This document shows, piece after piece, positions 1-10,805 of a stretch of DNA of 25,039 bases (its first letter is position 1; each line of letters begins with the position of its first letter). The stretch is from Chthonomonadales bacterium (GTDB lineage Bacteria > Armatimonadota > Chthonomonadetes > Chthonomonadales > Chthonomonadaceae). The stretch is from positions 1-25,039 of the forward strand of contig JBBQPO010000056.1 of NCBI GenBank assembly GCA_038217285.1. The letters are read 5' to 3'. The notes beneath the pieces were generated by a model, which made no database searches, was not told the origin of the DNA, and was given only the letters and a program-made list of their open reading frames with translations. A program made the position numbers and the translations under genes.

Positions 1-1
1 C

Positions 2-1203
<1,202 letters not shown>

Positions 1204-1236
1204 ACGCACCGCGGGATGCCGGAGAGGGGAAGAACG

Positions 1237-1944
1237 ATGCAGCGCAGGGGTTTTAACGTAGCGAAGATCCTGACCTGGGGCTGCCTGACATTGTCTACAG
1301 GCACCTCGGCCCAATCGCTTCCGCCGGATGTCCGTGCCGGGCACTGGGCCGCCACACCGGTCCAGATCGCTCTCCGCAACCATATTCTGACCGTCGAGGC
1401 CGACAAGGGCTTTCATGGCGATACAAAGGTGACGCATCTGCAGGCCGTGATCGCCCTGGCAGGTCTGGCCCGGGCGCTGGAAGCCGGCACATGGAAGGGC
1501 AGCGCCCCTGTCCCGGTCACCGTCGCCAAGACAGGTGTCGCCCCTAAGAAGGGGGCCTGGGAGGGCCAGGCCGTCAGTCGGTACGTGTTCGCCACGGTGC
1601 TGACACGCATGGGCGACTATGCGCAGGCCGGTCTGATCCGCGCCACACCGACTGAGAAAGCCCTGGGCAAATCTACTGTGATCCCTCCCCCGGTGGCCGT
1701 TACCGCTCCTAAAACGAGTCCCGCCTATGCGGCACTGAGTTACCTGGCGAGTCACCGCATGATCGGCCTCGGTTCGCTACTGCTCTCCGCGGACGACAAA
1801 CCGTTGCAAGCCGCCGAGATGAGCCGCGCCTTGCGAGAACTCGTTACCGGTCTGAACGATCGCCTGACCGACCTGGGGCAGGACGAGGACGGCAACACCA
1901 ACGACCAGGCGTTTCATCCCAAACCGGCCACGAAAAAGGGCTGA
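1237..1944 (+). CDS. Secreted S-layer homology (SLH)-like domain protein
   Basis: Signal-peptide-like N-terminus, then PDVRAGHWAATPVQIALRNHILTVEADKGFHGDTKVTHLQAVIAL, matching the SLH pattern (DV..HWA...F.G...VT). Start at ATG 1237 after GGAGAGGGG; ORF track starts at 1216. Confidence 0.65.
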   Translation: MQRRGFNVAKILTWGCLTLSTGTSAQSLPPDVRAGHWAATPVQIALRNHILTVEADKGFHGDTKVTHLQAVIALAGLARALEAGTWKGSAPVPVTVAKTGVAPKKGAWEGQAVSRYVFATVLTRMGDYAQAGLIRATPTEKALGKSTVIPPPVAVTAPKTSPAYAALSYLASHRMIGLGSLLLSADDKPLQAAEMSRALRELVTGLNDRLTDLGQDEDGNTNDQAFHPKPATKKG

Positions 1945-1970
1945 TTGACCGTTTGATTTGCCAAAATGTT

Positions 1971-2492
1971 ATGTCTACCAGTTTTCCTCTTCGCTGCCAA
2001 TGCCGCCGTCAGGCGGAGACGAGTCTGCGCTGTTCACGGTGCAGCGTTGCTATCTGCCCGGACTGTTCCGTCGTCGTTCCTGTAGGAATGATCTGCCGCA
2101 ACTGCGCCCGTGGCGGCAAGAACCTCCTGCATCAGGTCAGCCCGGGCAGTTTCGCGCTGGCCACTGCCGCCTGTCTGGCCGCCTCCCTCTTCGGCGGCTG
2201 GCTCATCGTCGCGCATGCCCTCGGCTTCGGGTTCATGGGGCTCTGGGCCGGTTTTCTCTTCGGCATCGGTATCGGTGAGATCGCGCTGCGAATCACCGGA
2301 CGCAAACGCGGTCTTGCGATAGAGGTTCTGGCTGGAGGCAGCGTGGCCCTCGGCATCGCGGGCGGAATCGGGATCGATGTCCTGCTGCATCCCGAAACGG
2401 CGAGCCTCCTGTTCCACCTTACCAATCCCCTCACCTACGTCATGCTGGTTCTCGCGACGGTTTCGGCCGTCGGGCGCATTCGTAATATCTGA
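1971..2492 (+). CDS. B-box-like zinc-finger membrane protein
   Basis: N-terminal C..ET.LRCSRC...ICPDC...VG..C..C cysteine cluster followed by about four hydrophobic helices. Start ATG 1971 inferred (track start 1953). Confidence 0.65.
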   Translation: MSTSFPLRCQCRRQAETSLRCSRCSVAICPDCSVVVPVGMICRNCARGGKNLLHQVSPGSFALATAACLAASLFGGWLIVAHALGFGFMGLWAGFLFGIGIGEIALRITGRKRGLAIEVLAGGSVALGIAGGIGIDVLLHPETASLLFHLTNPLTYVMLVLATVSAVGRIRNI

Positions 2493-2531
2493 ACGTTTCC
2501 CTCCCACGTTGTTTTGGAAAGGGTTTCTCTC

Positions 2532-4133
2532 ATGTCTATTCGTCTCTTTCATCCGACGCTGGCTCGCGCCTTTGTGGTGTCGGCGCTCGCCTTTTGGTGC
2601 GCGGTGCCTGCCTCGGCGCAGGGCGGTCCCGGTGACAGCTTGTTTGCGCTCAACAAATTCGATCAGGCTCGCGCCGCATATATGGCGACCGTCAAGGCAG
2701 GTCCGAAGCTGGCGCCGCCGCGCCTCGGCCTTATCCGGGATCTCATCCGGCTGGATGCATGGTCGGATGCCATCGCCGAGAGTCGCGCTGCCGTCACCCT
2801 CTTCCCCCTCAATGCCGATGCCCATGGGATACTGGCGCTGACTCTGCTGCGCGGCGGACAGCCGGAAGCCGCTCAAAAAGAGTCGGACAAGGCGTTGAAA
2901 CTGGACCCGGCGAGCTACTGGGCTCTGGTGGCGGGCGGACGACTGGCCCTGTGGGAGAACGGCAAAGAAGAGGCCAACGCCCTGCTGCATCACGCGACCG
3001 AACTGCATCCCGACTGGCCGGAAGCCTGGTACTACCTGATGGAGTCGTTCGATTCGCACCGTCACAAAGAGGCGCGGCTGGCCTTCGACAGTTATCGCAA
3101 ACTGAATCCGAAAGGCCATCCGCACGATATGGCGCTGGAAGGCGTCGATGGACAGATCGCATTCTCGAAGAGCTTCGAGAAAGATCCGGCAATGCGTTCT
3201 ACCGGCCCGCTGGATGAGAAGGCCCTCCAGGCCGCAGACGAGGGCAAGACCAGGATGATCTCGACGACGTTTCCCATCGAGCGCGACGACAGTAATTTCA
3301 TCATCGTCCCGGTGAAGATCAACGGCAGGCCGTTTCGCCTGCTCTACGATACCGGTGCGGGGGACGGCCTCTCTCTCGGTGAGCGCCATGCCGACCATCT
3401 CGGCCTCCCGATAATCGCGACGTCGATCGCGCGCGGCGTCAACGGCAAAGAGAGCTCGAAACTGTTCAAAGCCGATACGCTCGAGGTGGGCGATCTGCAG
3501 ATGCACTCCATTCCGCTGGAAGGGTCGGACAACAAGGTCGGCCCAGCGGACGGACTGTTCGGCGGAGCCATCTTCCGGGATTTCGTCGTGACCGTCGATT
3601 TCGAGAAGAACGAGATGACGCTGACGCGGGGGAAGAAAGCGGTTGCGCCGGAGACGCCGCCCGGTTTCCGCGTCCTCACCGTTCCCTTCCGCCTTCAGGA
3701 CGACTATATCTTTGTGCCGACCAGTATCGCGGATCGGTCAACCTGGTGCATTCTGGATACGGGCGCCAGCGGGGTCAGCTTCATCTCTCTGAGTCTGGCG
3801 AAGCAGATCGCCGCAGAGCGTGGCAAGGCGACGTACCTGGAGACGACGATGGAGGGCCGATTCGGCGTCGGCATCTCGAACACGAAGATCAAACTGCTGG
3901 TCTTTCGCATGAGCGTGCCTATCGGCCTACTGAAAGACGGGCGCGCGGCATACCACATCGAGGCCGATCCGACGATCGCGGCTTCGGTCATGGATACCGA
4001 AGTGAGCCGTTCCTTCAACTTCCAGCTCGGCGCGCTGGTGGGCATCGACTACCTGACCTCGGCGAAACGTATCTCGATAGACTATCCCCACCATCTCCTG
4101 ACGATGGAGTTCCCGGACAGCACGGTGCAGTAA
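2532..4133 (+). CDS. Secreted TPR-repeat protein with two retropepsin-like aspartyl protease domains
   Basis: Signal peptide (..AVPASA|Q), helical TPR-like repeats, two catalytic motifs LLYDTGAG and ILDTGASG, each followed by a flap-side motif (DGLFG, ALVGIDYL). Confidence 0.8.
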   Translation: MSIRLFHPTLARAFVVSALAFWCAVPASAQGGPGDSLFALNKFDQARAAYMATVKAGPKLAPPRLGLIRDLIRLDAWSDAIAESRAAVTLFPLNADAHGILALTLLRGGQPEAAQKESDKALKLDPASYWALVAGGRLALWENGKEEANALLHHATELHPDWPEAWYYLMESFDSHRHKEARLAFDSYRKLNPKGHPHDMALEGVDGQIAFSKSFEKDPAMRSTGPLDEKALQAADEGKTRMISTTFPIERDDSNFIIVPVKINGRPFRLLYDTGAGDGLSLGERHADHLGLPIIATSIARGVNGKESSKLFKADTLEVGDLQMHSIPLEGSDNKVGPADGLFGGAIFRDFVVTVDFEKNEMTLTRGKKAVAPETPPGFRVLTVPFRLQDDYIFVPTSIADRSTWCILDTGASGVSFISLSLAKQIAAERGKATYLETTMEGRFGVGISNTKIKLLVFRMSVPIGLLKDGRAAYHIEADPTIAASVMDTEVSRSFNFQLGALVGIDYLTSAKRISIDYPHHLLTMEFPDSTVQ

Positions 4134-4166
4134 CCAGCCCAGCGCCCCTTCCATCCGGTTCCAGAC

Positions 4167-4203
4167 AGAGGAGTAGCGACGCAGAGCGCGTCGCTACTCC
4201 TCT
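4167..4203. terminator. Perfect 16-bp inverted repeat between convergent genes; probable bidirectional terminator-like hairpin
   Basis: AGAGGAGTAGCGACGC (4167-4182), loop AGAGC, GCGTCGCTACTCCTCT (4188-4203). Overlaps the cas6 stop codon; no strong U-tract on either side. Confidence 0.6.
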
Positions 4204-5006
4204 TCGAACTCCGACGGCATCAGGCGAACCGTCTGTCCCAGCCCCATCGCTGTCTTGCGTCCTGTGCCTGCGTAAAAGGCGAAATCGGCCAAAAGCGCGA
4301 ACGTCCGCTGATCTTCCGTAGAGAGCGCCTGCAAGCCGTAGAGCCACGTCCCTACAAAGCCTTCTATCCTGCCTCCCGCCAACACGACCGAACAGGTCTC
4401 CAACTCGGTGTCTTCGACCGTCACCCGGTTTTCCGCAAGTTCCACAACGCGTGTCTCGTCCAGCAGCCTCTTTGGTCCGCAATGAGCGTTCCAGGTTCGC
4501 ACCCAGGACTGCCAGACATAGCGCGGTGTGGGCTGAAAAACATCTTTGCCCTGCGACTTGAAGAGCGTCGGCGCATCGAACCGAACCGCGATAAGTTCCG
4601 CCGGTCGGGCTTGCTCCCAGAGTTCGGCATACGTCGCCGGCCCTACCAACGGATGGCCCGCAGCGGTCAGCAGGCCGCTAAGCCCATATTCCGCCTCTCC
4701 AATACGCACCCCGGCCTTCACGCAGCCGTGCAGCAGGGCTCCGGCGAAGGGCGGCCAGAGATCATCGTCCAGGAAAGTAATACGCAGACCGGCGCTCCCT
4801 CCTGTATGCGCCTGCTCACACTCCTCCTCCTGGACTGCGCTCAGAGTGAAAGGCTTGCGTTCCGGATTGTCGTGCAGATGATCTGCCAATGCCGGGTCCG
4901 CCTGTTTCAGCAAATAGAAAAACGCTCCATGCGTACACTCCCCCACCGCTGCCGGGAGTCGGCGCTCATTCATCCGCTGCAACAACAACACAATGGCATT
5001 GGGCAC
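4194..5006 (-). CDS. cas6: CRISPR pre-crRNA processing endoribonuclease Cas6
   Basis: C-terminal G-rich loop YAGTGRKTAMGLGQT; N-terminal HG.F...LH...KPFTLS pattern. Start probably GTG 5006 (GGAGG 6 nt upstream); track start 5024. Confidence 0.92.
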   Translation of the reverse strand: MPNAIVLLLQRMNERRLPAAVGECTHGAFFYLLKQADPALADHLHDNPERKPFTLSAVQEEECEQAHTGGSAGLRITFLDDDLWPPFAGALLHGCVKAGVRIGEAEYGLSGLLTAAGHPLVGPATYAELWEQARPAELIAVRFDAPTLFKSQGKDVFQPTPRYVWQSWVRTWNAHCGPKRLLDETRVVELAENRVTVEDTELETCSVVLAGGRIEGFVGTWLYGLQALSTEDQRTFALLADFAFYAGTGRKTAMGLGQTVRLMPSEFEEE

Positions 5007-5064
5007 TCTCATCCTCCAGGACATTTTTCAGGCCACAATTTCTGTCCTATTCGAGGTCGCCTCG

Positions 5065-6195
5065 TTAATGAAGCGCTTTGGCCAGGCGGTCTACAATAAA
5101 AGTGAAAGACGAGGAGGCATTGGGGTCGAAATGACCGAACAGACGGCGGGCATCCTGATCGTGCCACGCATCCAGTTCATGCGTCGAAGGCGGACGCGGG
5201 TTGCCATGCAGTTTCTTGAAATCCAGCGAACCCAAATTGTACTTTTCGTTTCGTCCAGTTTCCAGGTAGCGTGCCAGTTCATCCAACTGCTGGTTGACGT
5301 TGTAGCATCGATCCGGTGAGAGATGCCCTACGCTCTCCATAAACGCTTCTCCATAGACAACACACTCACTGGGTGAATCCCAAACCTTCTCCCGGTACAT
5401 CGTGCGCTTCGCCTGCTCCCAGGCTAATAGTCCCCATACTGAAAGCTCTGTCTCTCCGCCGTACTGAAACAGCAGCGTCTCCGGGATCGCGGAAATATCT
5501 TCTGCCGGCAAGCGGAGATGAAGGCGACGGAATGACCGCAAATTCGCCCGCACTATCTCTTCCGTTGCCAGTTTGGCAGGCAGGCGTGGGATACGCAGCA
5601 GATCGGCGCCGGTCTCGAATATATAGACCGTCTCATCTGCATAGAACATGCCAAGCGACTGCAAAAAGCCCTGGACGCTCTTGAATCCCCCCGTGAGGTT
5701 GAAGACGATTCTGTATCCGCTCTCCCGATAAGCGCTCAAGGTCGTTTCCGCCCACTGTACCAGTTCGGAGAGGGCCATCTGGAAGGCGCTCAGATCCTTT
5801 GTCTGGAGATCCCTCTGCCGTTTTACCTCAACCGTTACCTGCCGCTGACGCAGCCACTCCGCCGCCAGAAGCGCCGACTGTTCCCCCAGCCAGGTATCCG
5901 TGCAGAGCAGCAGATGATAGTCTTGTCCCGCCTCCACCGTCCCACCATAGAGTTTGATGATCCCATTCAGTTCCGCCGATTTTTTCGCCGCCTCCGTCTC
6001 CTTCGCCCCCAACATCAACGCGCGTACCACAGCAAGACGGGCCTCCAACAGCCCCCGATCCGTTGCGGGAATCTCTTCAGGCGTGGTTGTGTTGGCATAA
6101 GCTATCAGCAGTTTGCGCTCTGCGTCACTCGCCCCATTCGTCCACAAACTCGTCCCACAAGGCGACAGAATAAATCGCGGTGATTTCATGGTCAT
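5065..6195 (-). CDS. cami1: CARF (APE2256-like) effector with C-terminal RelE-like domain; Cami1-like mRNA interferase
   Basis: PCGTSL, SAELNG, TDT..G and FNLTGGFKS motifs of APE2256-type CARF. The last ~95 aa (VVYGEAFMESV...DFKKLHG...HELDAW..DARRLFGHF) follow a RelE-like pattern. Confidence 0.75.
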   Translation of the reverse strand: MTMKSPRFILSPCGTSLWTNGASDAERKLLIAYANTTTPEEIPATDRGLLEARLAVVRALMLGAKETEAAKKSAELNGIIKLYGGTVEAGQDYHLLLCTDTWLGEQSALLAAEWLRQRQVTVEVKRQRDLQTKDLSAFQMALSELVQWAETTLSAYRESGYRIVFNLTGGFKSVQGFLQSLGMFYADETVYIFETGADLLRIPRLPAKLATEEIVRANLRSFRRLHLRLPAEDISAIPETLLFQYGGETELSVWGLLAWEQAKRTMYREKVWDSPSECVVYGEAFMESVGHLSPDRCYNVNQQLDELARYLETGRNEKYNLGSLDFKKLHGNPRPPSTHELDAWHDQDARRLFGHFDPNASSSFTFIVDRLAKALH

Positions 6196-6259
6196 CTATT
6201 TCCTGCGCGCATCCGACAACCGACTGGTAACGAACCGAGATGGCAGTTATCGCACCAGT

Positions 6260-8830
6260 TCAGGACCATCCCTTGAACTTTCCGCCCACTGCTTTGCCTT
6301 TTTGATAAGTAACGTCGCACCGACAGCGATCTCCCATCTTGTATGAGATTTCGATGGTGAACTCCTCGATTTCGCCTTCAACGGTGACTACATACTTGCC
6401 AGCTTTGCCACTGCGTACAATGTTGACCCACAGACCCTTAACCATACCTTCGCGATGCTGCACCGGTTCGTCTTCTACGTAGTTGTCTTGTTGTATCGGA
6501 GGATCTTTCTGGACAACGGCGGCTGCACCAGTAGAGGTAGGCTCAACCAATTCAGGGAATCGATTGGTTTGTCGCGCAGCCACCGCCTTTGAGGCATCTG
6601 TCAAGGGACTAAGGCTGCGGACTTCCAATACATTGCCGGAGAGATGATCATACTCGGCAGGGTTTGGCAGAACCGGACGCCGTTTAAAGTCGTCAAGAGA
6701 CATCGCATCGGCAAAACCCGAGTTATCTGTGAACTCCATCAATCGCAGGAACATTCCGATGCGTTTCATGTCAGAAAGATGCTTACAGTCCCTCTGCGGG
6801 TGAATTTCATCGAGAATGTGTCTTTCAAAAGCCTTTATAGCGTCAGCTTCGGTGATTGTCTCCTTCGACCCGACATCCCAACGATCACCGGAGAATAGAC
6901 TGGAATACCTCGCTGTTCGATCTGTTAGAGTGAGTTCCGACGACAGTTTGACGGAACCCATCCCTAAGGGCTTCCCCATCCCCAATTTGTGACAGTAGTC
7001 TTTTTTTGTTTCTGGTGCCGGATTCATGGCCCAACAGAGGGCTCCTAGTTCTCTGCAACTTAAATTCTCGAAATAGACCCGGAATTTGAAGGTAACATCA
7101 GGCTTAACAGGGTTAAGCCTGGTATGCTGAGTATCCCCTTCCCCTATGTCGTCTGATGTCTCACGGATCGTCTCAAACCAGTCCTGATCCGTCTTCGCAA
7201 AACCCGTTTGTTGCCAACCCTGATGCCAGTATATCTTATGTCCTCTTAATTGGGTTTTAACGTGTCCTCCTTGGTTGCTGTCGTAGTGAAAAAGTGTTCT
7301 GCCGTAGCCCATATGGTATGACGAAGCATTTTGCGTCAAGTAGTGTTGATAGGATGTCGGCTTAGGAGAGCTTAGAATTCTGGGCGTAATCGTTCTTGGA
7401 GTCTGCGGTGTAGACGACAGCCAGATATCCCTTTGGTTCTCGATGAGACGGGCCTCAGTCACGCATACTCTTCCCGCAAAGGCACGCTCAGGCTCGCCTG
7501 CCTCTGCCACCTGCTCTGTTTTTTTGTCTCGAACGTACCCGAAAAGAGCGTCAGCATAATCGACGACTTGATCATCGACCATGGTCAAGGGAATTAGGTC
7601 GATTGGGCGCGTCTTGTAAGGCAGGCGAAACAAAGAGGCGCGTCCGAAAAAGCTCAGGTTTTCGATACCACCGATGCTTTCGGTCAAATAAAATACAGGA
7701 TCACCGTCACAGAGATAGCCTTTGTTCGTTGGATTATTGATGCCGTTTCTGTTCGCCGGGAACGCTCCCTCTTGCCATTGTGTCAATTGATCTTCGTGGA
7801 ACCGCTCCCACAGTTGTCCATTCGGGTCACCGGAACTAAGAGAATCGGGGATGCCGATAGACGTGAGACCGGATGTATTTATAAAGCCAGCCAGATCAAG
7901 ATCTTCCTTCCGAAAGAAAACGAAAGCGAGATGCTGATTTTGCATAGGGCCGGTCAAAACGAGCGTTCCTTTCGTTTTTCCGGCGACGGCTGTGAGTGAC
8001 GGATTTCGTGCCATTCTCATCTTAAGATATAAGGCATGATGTCTAGGAGGACTTCCGGCATAATTGCCGGGCTGTTCTTGAAAGAAATAATCCATTTCTG
8101 TGGAGTCCAAATCGACCCAGATATCGCGATACTGGACCCTCTCGGGGCCAGAGGCTAAGGTTACCTCCCAGAACGGCCTTATTTTATTGGCACCCTGCCG
8201 CTCATAAAGGTTGACTCCCAACAGTGGCGTTAAGGTTGGCATGTCAATCCGACCGACGATCCCCTGCTCGATGTTATATTGTCGGCCTACAGCAACGATG
8301 AAGCCCACTTTCGTTCTTGAAGAATAGACCTTCGCCGCCTTACCAGAATAAGCAGCGCCAGTTATCCAGTTAAACCCCGAAGAAACGGTTCCGCTTGACT
8401 CCTGAACGAAGTTAGACGTATAGAGTTCCCTATTTCTTATATCCCGATAGAAAAGGCGACGATCAGTGACACGGTTGAATTTACCGTAGCTAGCAATCTC
8501 GACGATGCTTCGCAGCATGCCACGAAGGCTGCTGCCTGGTATCACCGGGACATTCCCTGAACGTTTATGAAAGAACTTTGCCTTTTCTTCGTTGGAACCC
8601 TGTGCGTCCCGCCCCAAAGCGCAGCGGACGTAAAGAGGTGACCTTGTCGTAAGCATTGCATCGAAATAGCCCGTATGACGTGACGCGTCATATTTATCGT
8701 GGGGAGGTAATTTACGCGGTGTATCAGCCGCTTTTACGACGACATCATTTGCCGCGAGCGGTACAAAGTTATAAGGCGCAGACGCAACCGGATCGTTATC
8801 ATGTGAGGGATTTTCGTGTTGGATGCTCAT
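6260..8830 (-). CDS. cas7: Type III-D large Cas7-family RAMP with insertion (TIGR03986-like, Cas7-insertion)
   Basis: APYNFVPL, T.SPLYV, PVIPGSSLRGMLRS, LRGHKIYWH and the G-loop HKLGMGKPLGMGSV; 856 aa with a large internal insertion. Confidence 0.9.
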   Translation of the reverse strand: MSIQHENPSHDNDPVASAPYNFVPLAANDVVVKAADTPRKLPPHDKYDASRHTGYFDAMLTTRSPLYVRCALGRDAQGSNEEKAKFFHKRSGNVPVIPGSSLRGMLRSIVEIASYGKFNRVTDRRLFYRDIRNRELYTSNFVQESSGTVSSGFNWITGAAYSGKAAKVYSSRTKVGFIVAVGRQYNIEQGIVGRIDMPTLTPLLGVNLYERQGANKIRPFWEVTLASGPERVQYRDIWVDLDSTEMDYFFQEQPGNYAGSPPRHHALYLKMRMARNPSLTAVAGKTKGTLVLTGPMQNQHLAFVFFRKEDLDLAGFINTSGLTSIGIPDSLSSGDPNGQLWERFHEDQLTQWQEGAFPANRNGINNPTNKGYLCDGDPVFYLTESIGGIENLSFFGRASLFRLPYKTRPIDLIPLTMVDDQVVDYADALFGYVRDKKTEQVAEAGEPERAFAGRVCVTEARLIENQRDIWLSSTPQTPRTITPRILSSPKPTSYQHYLTQNASSYHMGYGRTLFHYDSNQGGHVKTQLRGHKIYWHQGWQQTGFAKTDQDWFETIRETSDDIGEGDTQHTRLNPVKPDVTFKFRVYFENLSCRELGALCWAMNPAPETKKDYCHKLGMGKPLGMGSVKLSSELTLTDRTARYSSLFSGDRWDVGSKETITEADAIKAFERHILDEIHPQRDCKHLSDMKRIGMFLRLMEFTDNSGFADAMSLDDFKRRPVLPNPAEYDHLSGNVLEVRSLSPLTDASKAVAARQTNRFPELVEPTSTGAAAVVQKDPPIQQDNYVEDEPVQHREGMVKGLWVNIVRSGKAGKYVVTVEGEIEEFTIEISYKMGDRCRCDVTYQKGKAVGGKFKGWS

Positions 8831-8835
8831 GGCTT

Positions 8836-9414
8836 TTACTCCGCATGTTTCGCTTTCAGAGGTTTTAGTTCGACGAGGCGACTTACAGTGATTGTGGCAG
8901 TTGGTTCTGAGTTCAGATAGTGCCTGATAACAAGGCGAGCCGATTCTATCGCTGATCCTGCGTTAGTATTGGTCGGCATTGATAGTGGCGGCGTATGGCG
9001 CATCCCCTGGGCTCCCTCTCTGAGGAGAGTGAACCCGTCAAGATGGTCTTCAATGTGCGTACCCCAAAGTAGTGTATCCTCATCGAAATATTCTGCGGAC
9101 TCACCTGGTACGTCGGTCGTCTTGCGCCATCCGAACTGCGCACTGTTCTTACGCCAGAGGAAAAGTTCCGATTGGGAGTTGAACACGCGTAGTTGTTGCA
9201 GGGCGGTCATGATGAAGACAGGTTGTTTGTGATCCGGGAAGTCAGGAGCGAGAACAAGTTTCCCCTCCTTGCAACTTCCCCACCGTACGCCACTATCGAG
9301 ATGAGCCAGCAAGGTAAACTCGCCCTTCGTTATAAAAGACGTCAGTTCCTTCATTGGGTCGTCTGTAACTCCAGGTTCGTGTTTAACATCACTGTATTTA
9401 AGTATTCTGCTCAT
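8836..9414 (-). CDS. csx19: Type III-D subunit Csx19
   Basis: LAHLDSGVRWG, LQQLRVFN..SELFLWR, LLWGT and L.IRHYL...SRLV motifs; canonical position between Cas7-Cas7 and Cas7-insertion. Confidence 0.85.
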   Translation of the reverse strand: MSRILKYSDVKHEPGVTDDPMKELTSFITKGEFTLLAHLDSGVRWGSCKEGKLVLAPDFPDHKQPVFIMTALQQLRVFNSQSELFLWRKNSAQFGWRKTTDVPGESAEYFDEDTLLWGTHIEDHLDGFTLLREGAQGMRHTPPLSMPTNTNAGSAIESARLVIRHYLNSEPTATITVSRLVELKPLKAKHAE

Positions 9415-10805
9415 TTTTTAGCGCTCCATGCCCCAACCGCACTCTCAAGCATTACTCTGGCTTCCTCTGATATTTGCAGTGTTCCGTCCGCCTTCTCCGT
9501 GATTGCGTAATCAACGCCATTGTATTTCACGTCTGCACGCTTGCCGTGAAGCCGTCCTCTTCCAACACTGCTTTCTCCACCTAACGGGAGGTCACCCGTC
9601 CACAGATCCTTGAGGAGGAGCAACAGGAGTCCTATTTCGCTGTCCCTACCTGCGGCACTCTCGTCTTTAGATGGCTTTAGTTCGAAGTGAAGATGGACAA
9701 TGGTGGCATTATCTCCAAAAACTGGCTGTTGATTGAACAGAAACTGGTCGCGGGCTCCTCCAGTAAAACGGTCGATGCTGACGCGGGACTGTACCAGATG
9801 GTCGATCCCCTCTTTGATTTCATGTTCCCAGACCAGAAGACGGCTTGCTTTTAGCGGCTTGCCCGAGGCTCCCAATGGCCCGAAGAGCGCATCGATGATA
9901 TCGCCTGCGTCTTGTTTATTAAGCGTATTGGCAATCTTGAGGGCACGGGCGCGCATGGCACCGGCCACAGACGTTCCGGAGAGTATCGGCACATCTGGTT
10001 TCCCAGTACGCTTAGCCTTGAGATGAACCATATCCGGAGCATTCTCGCCTCGATCCACCGAGCGTATCAAGAGAGAACCGTCGAGCCAGAACTTGGCATC
10101 CAGTACAAACCTGTTGCGCCCATCCGGTAGCGGCGTCACTTTCAGTCCGGATTTCATCGACACGCGCTGCGAGATGCCTCGTGCATAGATCCAATCCGCT
10201 AAGCCTCGTGGAGTCGTCAGGTCGTATTCTCGAACCTCCCAGATCTCCACTTTCGCCCGTCCATAGCCCCTGGTCTTGCGGCCACCTACCGGAATCTGTT
10301 CCGATTCGAAGCCCAAGAGCGCTGTTGCCAATGCCGTTCTCAGCATCGTCTCGTCGTCGTCATGGCAGATCAGCAGTTCGAAAAGGAGGGGAAAGATCGT
10401 GCCTGCCGCCCAGCATTCCCGGTTGTAAAGCGCGTCCTTTACCGCTGTTCTGGATTTGGAATCCAAACGCACACCGTCGCGGACTTCGACTTCATTACCT
10501 TCACCTAGCGAATCCTCGACGATCAACGGGCTCTGGGGCTCGGCCGCATTTGTTCCGAACAGTAACTCTGCATGCCTCGCATCGATCTCCCGAAGGTATG
10601 CTCGAACGGCTCCTGCAATAGACGATCCTGTGAGAAGGGGCTTTCCTTCCAGGGCATCTGTTAGAAGCGGCAAGTCCACCTGATCGTCGTTGTCTCCATT
10701 GCTCAGGGATGCAAGGGTTTGAAGAACAAGGCTACCTTGTACAACGATTCGTTTCTTGATTTTGCGGGAGTTCTCGGGTTGCCAACTTGCGTCCGGGAGT
10801 GTCAC
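9411..10805 (-). CDS. cas7: Tandem Cas7-Cas7 (Csm3-like x2) RAMP
   Basis: Two RAMP units: PLLTGSSIAGAVRA...VGGRKTRGYG and PILSGTSVAGAMRA...VSIDRFTGGA...LGGESSVGRG. Confidence 0.9.
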   Translation of the reverse strand: MTLPDASWQPENSRKIKKRIVVQGSLVLQTLASLSNGDNDDQVDLPLLTDALEGKPLLTGSSIAGAVRAYLREIDARHAELLFGTNAAEPQSPLIVEDSLGEGNEVEVRDGVRLDSKSRTAVKDALYNRECWAAGTIFPLLFELLICHDDDETMLRTALATALLGFESEQIPVGGRKTRGYGRAKVEIWEVREYDLTTPRGLADWIYARGISQRVSMKSGLKVTPLPDGRNRFVLDAKFWLDGSLLIRSVDRGENAPDMVHLKAKRTGKPDVPILSGTSVAGAMRARALKIANTLNKQDAGDIIDALFGPLGASGKPLKASRLLVWEHEIKEGIDHLVQSRVSIDRFTGGARDQFLFNQQPVFGDNATIVHLHFELKPSKDESAAGRDSEIGLLLLLLKDLWTGDLPLGGESSVGRGRLHGKRADVKYNGVDYAITEKADGTLQISEEARVMLESAVGAWSAKK

